A stretch of DNA of 64,000 nucleotides from Eledone cirrhosa. Taxonomy: Eukaryota. Shown one piece after another: positions 14,020-26,819 of the stretch. The notes beneath the pieces are model-generated. The model saw only the letters and a program-made list of their open reading frames with translations, searched no databases and had not been told where the DNA came from. Position 1 is the first letter of the stretch, and every line of letters begins with the position of its first letter. Position numbers and translations under genes: made by a program. The stretch spans positions 23,808,001-23,872,000 of the forward strand of contig OZ024745.1 of the NCBI GenBank assembly GCA_964016885.1, in the 5' to 3' direction.

Positions 14020-14495
14020 TATGTATACGTACATACATATATGTATACAGACGTACAGTAGTATGTATATATATATACATACATGCACACATATATATAT
14101 ATGTACGGATGGATTCACCGAACATTTATTATAATGCTCGGTGTGTTTGTAAACAAACATCTCGTATTAAGCCGTAGTGTCTAGCAACCACCGTTGCTCG
14201 TTTGTTCAACACTGACAAAGGAACGCTGTTCTAGTTTCAAGCTTGTTAGCTATCGTCAGCAACGTATACCTTCCTGCCAGATGGTTGAACGTCTGAAAGT
14301 ATATACTTTCCTTATGCATATTAACGGCTGAGCAGCCTAATTTGCATATCGAGTGATGTTTACAAACACACCGAGCATTATAATAAATGTTTGGTGAATC
14401 CATACGTACATATATATATGTGTGCATGCATGTATATATATATACATACTACTGTACGTCTGTATACATATATGTATATACGTATACATACTTAT
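14015..14495. mobile_element. MITE-like element with ~140-bp inverted repeats
   Basis: 14015-14155 is the reverse complement of ~14358-14495, with a ~200-bp unique core. Confidence 0.65.
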
Positions 14496-14550
14496 ATTTA
14501 AGTAACAGCCGTACTAAGAGTGGGAAATGAAATTTCGTTTCATTTTTTCC

Positions 14551-14594
<44 letters not shown>

Positions 14595-14899
14595 CGAAGA
14601 AGTTGTGATAAGGAACCAGATGGACCATAACGCACCAGAGTACTCAATACTAATACAGACATTAGCGGCATCTCCGCCTTCACCCCGGTCTTTACTGTGT
14701 TCTATTCATACAGCACATATTGGCATCTATCGTAATGTCCATTTTCCTTGAAATAAAAGATGTTAAAATGTGTTTACATATTGCATAACAATTTTAAGAA
14801 GTTATTTAGAATATTTAAATACAGAAAGTAATAACAAAAATAATAGAAAAATGTATTCAAGGAAATTTATGAAACATTTACAGAGTATATGCAATGTTT

Positions 14900-15200
14900 T
14901 TAACTTTTTTTTTTTTATCATATATGAAGAGTTTGTGGGGCTTCCTATTCTGGAACAACCGACATACAATTGATCATGTGAGAAACAGCCCTCTTCTAGA
15001 TGGAGACCAACAACCTGCAGTGTTTGACCTTGGGACTTGTTTATGGCCATTGCATAACTGACTCTCGCTGTGAATTGCAGTCGTTTGAAACGAAAGGGGA
15101 CATCTGTTGGTATTAGCGGTATTCTAGGTATAAATAACAATGTCTGCCAGTGCTTGCCTTCGATAATGTGAATCACAACCATACGTGCCCCATTGCACAA
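14900..15200 (-). pseudogene. Helitron Rep/Hel PIF1-type helicase C-terminal fragment
   Basis: CNGARMVV...IPRIPLIPTDVPFRFKRLQF...YAMAINKSQGQTL...GCFSHDQLYVGCSR matches PIF1/Helitron helicase motifs. Confidence 0.9.
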
Positions 15201-15851
15201 TCATGACTGATCCAACAATTCAAGGCTGTATGACAGCACACAGAATGGTTCATGTTTATTAAAAAATGTATTTTCTTATTTCTTTATACTTAGTTTGGAA
15301 TAGTAGTCTTCATAAATCCATGTGTGTTTCACGTTTTGAGGCTTTCACAGCTCCATCTTCAGAATCAGGATAGTCGTAAAGGTGCAAGTGAGTAATAGGA
15401 AATCATGATTAACTGATTTTAAAATCTCAACGATTACAAATCCACATTTCTACACTGATTGACTTCAAACTTGCATTTATATATTCCTTGTGGTATAAAG
15501 ATATTAACTGCAGCTTTTATTTTTCAATTTTCTGTTGTTAAAGAGGTGTTAGGCGGCGGTTATCGATCTCCGTAACGCTCTTATAATGTCTGTCTGTATG
15601 CCTGGCTGTCTGCATTACGACATTCTGACAAACATTATGTTCGTCAGAATGTCGTATTATGTTCGCTATTTTCCGTTCATTGCCAGGCAACGTCTTCACG
15701 AACCAAAGTATCGTCTTCCTGTTTTCCTTCGGTTGCAACGTTTTTCGAAACATTTACTTCTGCGTTCACAGATTGATGTTTTTAGTTTCAGAAGATCCTG
15801 TTAAGAGTGAAAGCAACGATTGTTTGCTTAAACTTTAATCTGTTATTTTAA

Positions 15852-15853
15852 TC

Positions 15854-15887
<34 letters not shown>

Positions 15888-16551
15888 TGTATGTATGTAT
15901 GTATGTATGTATGTATGTATGTATGTATGTATGTATGTGTGTATGTGTATATGTGTGTGTGTGTAGGGATGGGGGTGGGTGAAACACGAGAAGTACCCAA
16001 CCGATTTTTTTCAAACTTTATATGTGCATTACCTATGTTCAAGGAGTGTTATGCACAACTTTTTGATCCTCTAGGACCCTCATTAGGTTAAAAACTGCAT
16101 TTTTCAGCTTTTTAGGGGTTTTTTGAGGCGTTACGTCAGACGATTTCCTTGAAATTGTAACTATGTATTAGCCAGTCTCTTCTTCATACCGTGAGCAAAG
16201 AAAATCCAACATTTTTTTATGGCCTAGAGCCCGCATTAGGTTAAAAACTTCATTTTTTCAGCTTCTTAGGGCTTTTTTGAGGCGTTACATCTAGCCGATT
16301 TTTCCGAAAATTCAAGGCATATTATGTACATAAAAAAATTCATTTTTTTGATCACCTAGGGCCCGCATTAGGTGAAAACCTGCATTTTTCCTGCTTCATC
16401 GAGGAAAATCTTAAAGATTATCCAGCCATCAGAGTATTCGGTTTATTTTCTTTACATATTTTCCAGGCATGCAGTTTTTCCACGATTAGATCTGTTGGCG
16501 GCCCGCGTTCCAAAATACCTTATCCCGTGCAACGCCGGGTACTGCTGCTAG
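15852..16551 (+). mobile_element. Non-autonomous Helitron
   Basis: 5' A|TC, internal (TGTA)n, 3' hairpin cccgtgcaacgccggg followed by CTAG|T. Confidence 0.75.
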
Positions 16552-17437
16552 TATCTAATATATTTGCATATACTACATGGAAATGTGTTGAGATGGCTTC
16601 TGGTGGTATGTGCATGTTTACCTGATGAGAAAATGTCATGACCCATGTAACATTTCGTCTGTGGGCCATTGGTTGTAGTGAGTGATGGTTCGTTGGGATC
16701 GATAGCTGTTTTAAGTTTGTTGTTTAGAATATTTGTGAGTGCGTGTATGTGAGTGTGTGTATGTGAGTGTATGTGAGTGAGTGAGTGTGTGTGTGGGGGG
16801 GGGGTATTGTAGTAGTACTGCTTCAGATATGTGAGAAATATTTTAACGTGAATAGGCTTCGGGCGTTGACTGGTCACTAACTGACCTCAGTGAAAAATAT
16901 GATCTGTTCAAGAAGATACAGCTTAGACGCGGAGCAATATTTTTCAACATTATTATATATATGAAGTCAACAACACTAGATAGGAATTATCAGAAATTGT
17001 TTTGAGAGTCAGCATATCAATCAATGATATGTGAAGGTGGGGGGGGGGGGGATAACTGGCAGACAGACGCGATTCAGGATAACAAGCAATTAGGATTCCG
17101 TGCCAGCAGTTTCAGCGTAGAAGTAGTGTGAGAGACAAAATGAGTTATGTATATTGAAGTTTAACTTGGATAATGATTTTTCACAGAATAATGCCAGCAC
17201 ATTTATTCGTAGATGGTGATGTTGAGAGATTAGCAGTAGAAAAAATGGACAAAAGAGACTAGTTCGAGACACTGATTGGAAGTGTTTATTAATAATCAGG
17301 TAAGAGGGATGGATGGTGAAGGGTGTGGTTATTACGTTAGCGAAGACACCATATTTTAGAAAGAAGTTGGAATATATTGCTGCGTGGGTAGCAGCGCTGT
17401 TTTAGTGATATCAGAGAGAAAAAGTTGGGTCATTTAG

Positions 17438-17775
17438 CAAGTCTGGGTTTAGACCTTCGATGGCCCAGGGCACTTCAGATTTTTTTGGGGGTGGGGGTGG
17501 GGGGCAACCCCCCTCATACACAAAAACTTAGAATACACAGCAAACCCCCAGTTTTACATATCAAAGTTAGCTTGGCGCAAGTAAATGGAATTGAAAAGTT
17601 ATACATACAGGTATTACATTTAAAAAATCTAACCATCCTATAAGTAAAGACCCCAACTGAGGACCCAAATAAATTGCTACGGCCGTCGCTGTCGGAGCCT
17701 TCCACTGCAAGGGACCCGGGGCAATTGCCCCCCCCCCCCCCCTTGCCCCCCCCCTCCTTATTAAATCCGACCCTG
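17438..17775. mobile_element. Degenerate hAT-like MITE
   Basis: Imperfect CAGGGCCGG-type termini (right end taaatccgaccctg); putative 8-bp TSD tcatttag / tcacatag. Confidence 0.45.
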
Positions 17776-18194
17776 TCACATAGAGGAGTGTGGTTTGAAG
17801 AAGGCGATGTATACTTCTGGTTGTTGATATCGTTGTTGACAACGTCAGTAGTGATGAGTGTGAGGGTTATGGAGGCAGCAAAAGTGTGACTATTGACTAT
17901 GTCCTTCTATTGAGTATGTTGGGTGTGGTTTGGTTAGAGTAAATATAAGGCTTCCTTAAGTGTTGGTAATGGTATGTGTGGTAGTTGATAACAGCTGTGA
18001 TGATGATATTGGTGTTGGTTGTAGTGGTGTTGGTGGTGGTGGTGTCAGTGGTGCTGGTGGTGATGGTAATGGTGGTGGTAGTCGTGGTGGTGGTAGTGGT
18101 GGTAGTGGTTGTGGTGGTTGTGGCAGTAGAGATGTTAGTATTGGTTTTTGTGGCAGTGAGGTTTTGAATGAGGTGGTGGCGGTGGGGTTGGCGG

Positions 18195-21100
18195 TAGTAT
18201 TGGTTGTGGCAGTGGTGGTGCTAGTATTGTCTGTGGCAGTGGTGGTGCTAGTATTGTCTGTGGCAGTGGTGGTGCTAGTATTGTCTGTGGCAGTGGTGGT
18301 GCTAGTATTGTCTGTGGCAGTGGTGGTGCTAGTATTGGTTGTGGCAGTGGTGGTGCTAGTATTGGTTGTGGCAGTGGTGGTGCTAGTATTGGTTGTGGCA
18401 GTGGTGGTGCTAGTATTGGTTGTGGCAGTGGTGGTACTAGTATTGGTTGTGGCAGTGGTGGTGCTAGTATTGGTTGTGGCAGTGGTGGTGCTAGTATTGG
18501 CTGTGGCAGTGGTGGTGCTAGTATTGGTTGTGGCAGTGGTGGTGCTAGTATTGGTTGTGGCAGTGTTGGTTCTAGTATGGTTGTGGCAGTGGTAGTGCTA
18601 GTATTGGTTGTGGCAGTGGTGGTACTAGTATTGGTTGTGGCAGTGGTGGTGCTAGTATTGGTTGTGGCAGTGTTGGTTCTAGTATGGTTGTGGCAGTGGT
18701 AGTGCTAGTATTGGTTGTGGCAGTGTTGGTTCTAGTATGGTTGTGGCAGTGGTAGTGCTAGTATTGGTTGTGGCAGTGGTGGTTCTAGTATTGGTTGTGG
18801 CAGTGGTGGTACTAGTATTGGTTGTGGCAGTGGTGGTGCTAGTATTGGTTGTGGCAGTGTTGGTTCTAGTATTGGTTGTGGCAGTGGTGGTACTAGTATT
18901 GGTTGTGGCAGTGGTAGTGCTAGTATTGGTTGTGGCAGTGTTGGTTCTAGTATGGTTGTGGCAGTGGTAGTGCTAGTATTGGTTGTGGCAGTGGTGGTTC
19001 TAGTATTGGTTGTGGCAGTGGTGGTACTAGTATTGGTTGTGGCAGTGGTGGTGCTAGTATTGGTTGTGGCAGTGGTGGTTCTAGTATTGGTTGTGGCAGT
19101 GGTGGTACTAGTATTGGTTGTGGCAGTGGTGGTGCTAGTATTGGTTGTGGCAGTGTTGGTTCTAGTATTGGTTGTGGCAGTGGTGGTACTAGTATTGGTT
19201 GTGGCAGTGGTAGTGCTAGTATTGGTTGTGGCAGTGTTGGTTCTAGTATGGTTGTGGCAGTGGTAGTGCTAGTATTGGTTGTGGCAGTGGTGGTACTAGT
19301 ATTGGTTGTGGCAGTGGTGGTACTAGTATTGGTTGTGGCAGTGGTGGTTCTAGTATTGGTTGTGGCAGTGGTGGTACTAGTATTGGTTGTGGCAGTGGTG
19401 GTACTAGTATTGGTTGTGGCAGTGGTGGTACTAGTATTGGTTGTGGCAGTGGTGGTGCTAGTATTGGTTGTGGCAGTGGTGGTACTAGTATTGGTTGTGG
19501 CAGTGGTGGTGCTAGTATTGGTTGTGGCAGTGGTGGTGCTAGTATTGGTTGTGGCAGTGGTGGTACTAGTATTGGTTGTGGCAGTGGTGGTGCTAGTATT
19601 GGTTGTGGCAGTGGTGGTGCTAGTATTGGTTGTGGCAGTGGTGGTGCTAGTATTGGTTGTGGCAGTGGTGGTGCTAGTATTGGTTGTGGCAGTGGTAGTG
19701 CTAGTATTGGTTGTGGCAGTGGTGGTACTAGTATTGGTTGTGGCAGTGGTGGTGCTAGTATTGGTTGTGGCAGTGGTGGTGCTAGTATTGTCTGTGGCAG
19801 TGGTGGTGCTAGTATTGTCTGTGGCAGTGGTGGTACTAGTATTGGTTGTGGCAGTGGTGGTGCTAGTATTGGTTGTGGCAGTGGTGGTACTAGTATTGGT
19901 TGTGGCAGTGGTGGTACTAGTATTGGTTGTGGCAGTGGTGGTACTAGTATTGGTTGTGGCAGTGGTGGTACTAGTATTGGTTGTGGCAGTGGTGGTACTA
20001 GTATTGGTTGTGGCAGTGGTGGTGCTAGTATTTGTTGTGGCAGTGGTGGTACTAGTATGGTTGTGGCAGTGGTAGTGCTAGTATTGGTTGTGGCAGTGGT
20101 GGTACTAGTATTGGTTGTGGCAGTGGTGGTACTAGTATTGGTTGTGGCAGTGGTGGTACTAGTATGGTTGTGGCAGTGGTGGTTCTAGTATTGTCTGTGG
20201 CAGTGGTGGTGCTAGTATTGGTTGTGGCAGTGGTGGTACTAGTATTGGTTGTGGCAGTGGTGGTTCTAGTATTGTCTGTGGCAGTGGTGGTGCTAGTATT
20301 GGTTGTGGCAGTGGTGGTACTAGTATTGGCTGTGGCAGTGGTGGTGCTAGTATTGGTTGTGGCAGTGGTAGTGCTAGTATTGGCTGTGGCAGTGGTGGTG
20401 CTAGTATTGGTTGTGGCAGTGGTGGTTCTAGTATTGGTTGCGGCAGTGGTGGTACTAGTATTGGTTGTGGCAGTGGTGGTGCTAGTATTGGTTGTGGCAG
20501 TGGTGGTACTAGTATTGGTTGTGGCAGTGTTGGTTCTAGTATTGGTTGTGGCAGTGGTGGTGCTAGTATTGGTTGTGGCAGTGGTGGTGCTAGTATTGGT
20601 TGTGGCAGTGGTGGTGCTAGTATTGGTTGTGGCAGTGGTAGTGCTAGTATTGGCTGTGGCAGTGGTGGTGCTAGTATTGGTTGTGGCAGTGGTAGTGCTA
20701 GTATTGGTTGTGGCAGTGGTGGTACTAGTATGGTTGTGGCAGTGGTGGTTCTAGTATTGTCTGTGGCAGTGGTGGTGCTAGTATTGGTTGTGGCAGTGGT
20801 GGTGCTAGTATTGGTTGTGGCAGTGGTGGTTCTAGTATTGTCTGTGGCAGTGGTGGTGCTAGTATTGGTTGTGGCAGTGGTGGTACTAGTATGGTTGTGG
20901 CAGTGGTAGTGCTAGTATTGGTTGTGGCAGTGGTGGTACTAGTATTGGTTGTGGCAGTGGTGGTACTAGTATTGGTTGTGGCAGTGGTGGTACTAGTATG
21001 GTTGTGGCAGTGGTGGTTCTAGTATTGTCTGTGGCAGTGGTGGTGCTAGTATTGGTTGTGGCAGTGGTGGTACTAGTATTGGTTGTGGCAGTGGTGGTTC

Positions 21101-22170
21101 TAGTATTGTCTGTGGCAGTGGTGGTGCTAGTATTGGTTGTGGCAGTGGTGGTACTAGTATTGGCTGTGGCAGTGGTGGTGCTAGTATTGGTTGTGGCAGT
21201 GGTAGTGCTAGTATTGGCTGTGGCAGTGGTGGTGCTAGTATTGGTTGTGGCAGTGGTGGTTCTAGTATTGGTTGTGGCAGTGGTGGTACTAGTATTGGTT
21301 GTGGCAGTGGTGGTGCTAGTATTGGTTGTGGCAGTGGTGGTACTAGTATTGGTTGTGGCAGTGTTGGTTCTAGTATTGGTTGTGGCAGTGGTGGTGCTAG
21401 TATTGGTTGTGGCAGTGGTGGTGCTAGTATTGGTTGTGGCAGTGGTGGTGCTAGTATTGGTTGTGGCAGTGGTAGTGCTAGTATTGGCTGTGGCAGTGGT
21501 GGTGCTAGTATTGGTTGTGGCAGTGGTAGTGCTAGTATTGGTTGTGGCAGTGTTGGTTCTAGTATTGGTTGTGGCAGTGGTAGTGCTAGTATTGGTTGTG
21601 GCAGTGGTGGTGCTAGTATTGGTTGTGGCAGTGGTGGTACTAGTATTGGTTGTGGCAGTGTTGGTTCTAGTATTGTCTGTGGCAGTGGTGGTGCTAGTAT
21701 TGGTTGTGGCAGTGGTGGTACTAGTATTGGCTGTGGCAGTGGTGGTGCTAGTATTGGTTGTGGCAGTGGTGGTGCTAGTATTGGTTGTGGCAGTGGTGGT
21801 GCTAGTATTGGTTGTGGCAGTGGTGGTACTAGTATTGGTTGTGGCAGTGGTAGTGCTAGTATTGGTTGTGGCAGTGGTGGTGCTAGTATTGGTTGTGGCA
21901 GTGGTGGTGCTAGTATTGGTTGTGGCAGTGGTGGTTCTAGTATTGGTTGTGGCAGTGGTGGTGCTAGTATTGGTTGTGGCAGTGGTGGTTCTAGTATTGG
22001 TTGTGGCAGTGGTGGTTCTAGTATTGGTTGTGGCAGTGGTGGTTCTAGTATTGGCTGTGGCAGTGGTGGTGCTAGTATTGTCTGTGGCAGTGGTGGTGCT
22101 AGTATTGGTTGTGGCAGTGGTGGTGCTAGTATTGGTTGTGGCAGTGGTGGTGCTAGTATTGGTTGTGGCA
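18195..22170. repeat. 27-bp minisatellite (ggttgtggcagtggtggtgctagtatt)n, ~4 kb
   Basis: About 145-150 units with variant 26-bp units and higher-order blocks. Confidence 0.95.
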
Positions 22171-22926
22171 ATAGAGAGATAGAGAGAGATTTGAGGAATA
22201 TTTGACTATTATTTCTAACAGATCTAGCTACGACATAGAAGCACACTCATTGACACGGCTTCGATGTTGTTGATATTTATTAGCGGTGGTGATTATGATG
22301 GTATTAGCAATGGTTGTGGTAGTTGCAACAGTAGTGTTGAAGGCGATGATGATGTTATGAGTAGTGGTTGTGGTGGTATTGTGAAGGGCTTTTGTGGGTA
22401 GTAGTTGAGTAGTGGTTGTGGTAGTTGTAACAGTAATGGTGAAGTTAGTAGTGGTGGGGATGGTGATGGTGGTGGTGGCAATGGTGAAGTTAGTAGTAGT
22501 GGTGATGGTGATGGTGATGGTGGTGGTGGTAATGGGGAAGTTAGTAGTAGTGGTGATGGTGGTGATGGTGGTGGTGGCAATGGTGTTGTTAGTAGTAGTA
22601 GCGATCGTGGTGGTGGTGGTAATGGTGCAGTTTGTAGTTGTGATGATAGTGAAATTAGGAGTATTGGTGGTGCTAGTTGCGGTTGTGGTGGTGAAGTTTC
22701 TATTGGTTTTGGTATTGGCCACGCTGGTACTGGTAGTAGTTGTGATTATATTCCTCGTGAAATCGTTTATCTTGTAGGTGTAGTCGTGGTGTTGGCATTG
22801 GTGGAAGCGGTGATGGTTTCATAGTAATCTTAACATTAATGGTTGTGAAGTCACTGTGGTTGAGCTGGTAATTTTATTACTGTTGTTGTCAGGTCAACAA
22901 CAATTGAGCTGACCTATGATCTAAGG

Positions 22927-23435
22927 CAGCGTTTTTCAACCAGTGTTCTCCGGAAGCCTATAGTTCCGCAAGAGGTCGTTATGGTTTCTGCGAGAAACAG
23001 AGATAAATAAACTAATACATTTTGGAGTAATTTTGTGTTTAATTTTATATTCGTAATTTTACAGAAAAAAAAGTTGGGGTTCATTTTTTTCCTTAAACCA
23101 GTTATTCGAAAAAATATATATTATGTTTACTACGATAAAAATATAAAAGAGATAGATAATATTACTGGTATATAATTGTTTCTACTTTTGGCACAAGGCC
23201 AGAAATTACCCAGTACATTACTGGTACTTTATTTTATCGACCCCGTAAGGATGAAAGGCAAAGTTAACCTCGGCGGGATTTGAACTCAGATCGTAAAGGG
23301 ACGTAACTCTTTGCATCAAAGCATGGCGTCCGACCCTCTACTGATACTGGTATATAATAAGACTAAGCAGGGATTCCCTGAGGCATGGACACTATGTCAA
23401 GGGTTCCTCAAGAGTAAAAAGTTTGAGACACACTG
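22927..23435. mobile_element. hAT (Charlie-like) MITE with a nested SINE
   Basis: Termini cagcgtttttcaac / tttgagacacactg; 8-bp TSD atctaagg / atctaaag. Confidence 0.75.
23177..23344 (-). mobile_element. SINE S1 with target-site duplication
   Basis: Flanking direct repeat tactggtatataat at 23163-23176 and 23345-23358. Confidence 0.8.
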
Positions 23436-25151
23436 ATCTAAAGTATTCCAGACGTCCTCATCCCATTTTTTCAAATTGAAACAGGATTTCAGTATCTCAT
23501 ATGTCTTGTCCTTATATAAGATGGTAGTAGAATGAATTGATGGATCATTTGACTGCTATTTCTAGTTCAATATCAAATTATTATAAGCCTCCTTTTCTAT
23601 ACCGTTTAAGTTATTGGTTTTGTCCGATTTTACAAGGATCTTCTTTGTTTTTTCCAGATTGCCTATTCTGTTTTTGAGGCCTTTGAGGTATTCCTGGCCT
23701 ATAAATTCGTTCTTTTAAAATTTAACGTTCTGTATTATGGAGATTATTTCATTTTCAATACTTTCAGAAGTATCTTTAATCTATAGAATATATTTCACTT
23801 GTTTACATTTTATGTCTTCACTAGGTTTTGTCGAGATTTTGTGGTGATTTTTAAATGATATTTTTCTTTTTATCTAATATTTTTCAAATGATATTCTTTT
23901 TCAAATGATATTCTTTTTAATGGTTTTCAATGATATTTTGAAATATATCTTTTTTGTGATAATTTTGATAATGTTTCTAAATATACTTATGATGTCTGTA
24001 ATAATATTCTTTCTTCGTAATTCATTATATAGACTTTAACACATGCATTGATGTAGACAATACTATCTAAATATATATATAAAATAATTCTCATCTTTGA
24101 AAACATCTAATATAAAATACCTTATAATCATATACAAAATAATATATTAAATTTTTTTACTTATATTCCGCATATATCTTAATTGTATATTTTTAAAAAA
24201 GTAAATTCTAGAATTAAATGACAAATGTTATATAATTATTTTAACTAAGAAACATTGGAGTTATCTTTTCCTTTATAATGTAACACGCTTAAACATCCCT
24301 TCTACGTAACAACTAAACTTTACATAACTATTTATTTTCGTTGACTTAATAAATTTTTTGTGAATGTTTCCAATCTCGATTGAACTATCTGAATGTACAA
24401 AATAATTTTCTCAAATAAAATTTATAACTACGTCCTTTTCTTAACTATATATTGAAAATGTAAACACAAAATTCTTCGTAACCCTTAACATATAGAAAAA
24501 TATTTAAATTATCTATCTAGTGAAAATAACAACATATATACTCACCAAAATATTTATATAAATACTTATATAAATAACCCGTTGTATTATAATAAACTAA
24601 AATATACTTACAACCTTAAAATATATTTATAAATATTATCTATATAATATTATAACTCATGATTTGAATAGATCCAATAATTAGTTGTATATCTCAATTT
24701 AAAAAAAATTTAATTTGGTATTCTACCACTTCAACACATTTTTAACTCTCATATTATTTTATAGATACTACTAAAATATATGATTATATAATTAAATAAT
24801 TAAATATAATTATATCACTCTCTTGACACCATCACTGATATGATCCATACAATTTTATCTTAATAATAATAGTGTATTTCTAACTATAATTCATTCTTAT
24901 AATCATTCCTTAAATTTTCCTACATCCTAATATTAATATTAACCTCTCTTTTTCTTCTTCCCTTTATAAATTATCCTAATAATTATTTAAATTTACCTAG
25001 CGTCTAAATATTACGATCTTTTTAATTACGTTTCAACCTCATTTAAATATTCATCCTCAAGATTTGAAATTTTTCTTTCACTATCCAAACTGAACCTGAA
25101 CCGATAAGGTCTGGTTTCTTGGGAATGTCACCATTTATAAAACAAATTTTG

Positions 25152-25212
25152 TATTTTATCTGATGAGAGTGTACCAAAATGTTGGTACCCTTGAAATATA
25201 TATAATAAAATA
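25152..25212 (+). ncRNA. Type I hammerhead ribozyme (family B; element ~25130-25345)
   Basis: tattttat-CTGATGA-gag t gtaccaa aatg ttggtac c ctt-GAAA-tatata-TA-ataaaata; perfect 8-bp stem I. Confidence 0.85.
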
Positions 25213-26038
25213 AATATGGTTTTATAAATATAGTTTCCATTTATTAATATCATTGATATTATACTCCAGAAAACTTGTAGAATGCTTCGAATCTGTTATA
25301 AATAAATTTGTTGAATAACCAACAAATTAAATGTCTCTTTGCTTATCTGTTAGACATGCAGTGACTAACAACAGAATGTTTTAAGTCTGCATGTCTGACA
25401 TATATGCGTAGCTTGTGAATAAAAAATTCAAGGGGTTTCACTGGCCGTTGGTGATCCCTGCCACACATCTTTTGTAATGTATCGTCTTATTGGCTAATCA
25501 ACCAATGAGCGTAATTGTTGCTCAAAAGCATCCGCAACTTTGTTTGCACGTTTATTTATCGTTTCGTTTTCGAATCTTCCTCCTGTATTTCGTCGTTTAT
25601 CATCAAAATATTTTTCTCGTTTTGGTAAGTTATATTGTTAATTTATATATGATTTTTTTAATTTATATGAATTTTTTTTTCAGTTCGTTATAACGTGCTT
25701 ATAATATTGGTTGTATCATATTTATTTGTATATTTGTTCATATTATTGTTCGTTTTATGTTAGAGTATTTTTTTATTATTAAGTATGTAATATTTAATTT
25801 TTATTAATTCAACTATAACAATTATTATGTAAAATATATTTATTTAATATTGATTGTTTTTTGTAGGTGTTTATTTTAAAAGACTGAAGATATTTTTATA
25901 CATCTTACAATAATATTTATAAGCTCATTTATAAAATAACAATTATATAATCTAATTACATTACAACGATAATTTATTATTAATATATATCATGTTTAAC
26001 TAGAGTTATTACAAGCGTTGCCTTAAAACAAATATTAA

Positions 26039-26484
26039 ACTAGACCTGAAAAATGCGCAAGCTCAAAAGAGCCACAGAATGTTATAATAAACCTTCAAAA
26101 GTGTGGGACTAGAGTTATTGCTCAAAAATATTGTAATCATTATCTATCGTACACTCTGTGGCATCCTTTTATAAAAAAAGAGCCTCATAACGAACTCAAG
26201 ACGACACGATAATTATTTAAGTGAATTTATAATAGAGAATTCGGTTTAAGTGCATTCGTATTAATCATTACTAAATATCTAATATGAGATATTGAACATT
26301 AGCTTAAATAATTATCGTGTCGTCTTGAGTTCGTTATGAGTCTCTTTTTTATAAAAGGATGCCACAGAGTGTACGATAGATAATGATTACAATATTTTTG
26401 AGCAACAACTCTAGTCCCACACTTTTGAAGGTTTATTATAACATTTTGTGGCTCTTTTGAGCTTGCGCATTTTTCAGGTCTAGT
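26039..26484. repeat. Long inverted repeat (~182-bp arms, ~80-bp spacer)
   Basis: 26039-26221 is the near-perfect reverse complement of 26302-26484. Confidence 0.9.
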
Positions 26485-26649
26485 ATATATATATATATAT
26501 ATATATATTTACACACATGTGTGTGTAAATATAATATACTACTATCTATACATGTGTATGTGTGTACGTGATTTCAATGAAGTTGGTTGTAGTAGTCGTA
26601 GTAGTAGTAGTAGTAGTAGTAGTAGCACCGCCGCCACCAGCACCAGTAA

Positions 26650-26705
<56 letters not shown>

Positions 26706-26819
26706 ACAATAGTAGTAGTAACAATAGCAGTGGGTGTGGTGGTGTGGTGCTGTCTGTGTAAACAAACACCTTACTTGTGTCAATACGGTCCGGCTCCGTT
26801 CTACTTGTTAAGTAGTGTT

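Noticed and set aside
15310-15370. Minus-strand CTGAAGA...GAAAC
   Set aside because: Stems I and III could not be formed convincingly.
20993-22246. 417-aa Pro-rich and 394-aa Val-rich ORFs
   Set aside because: Products of the 27-bp minisatellite; frame-breaking units occur and there is no splice or other coding evidence.
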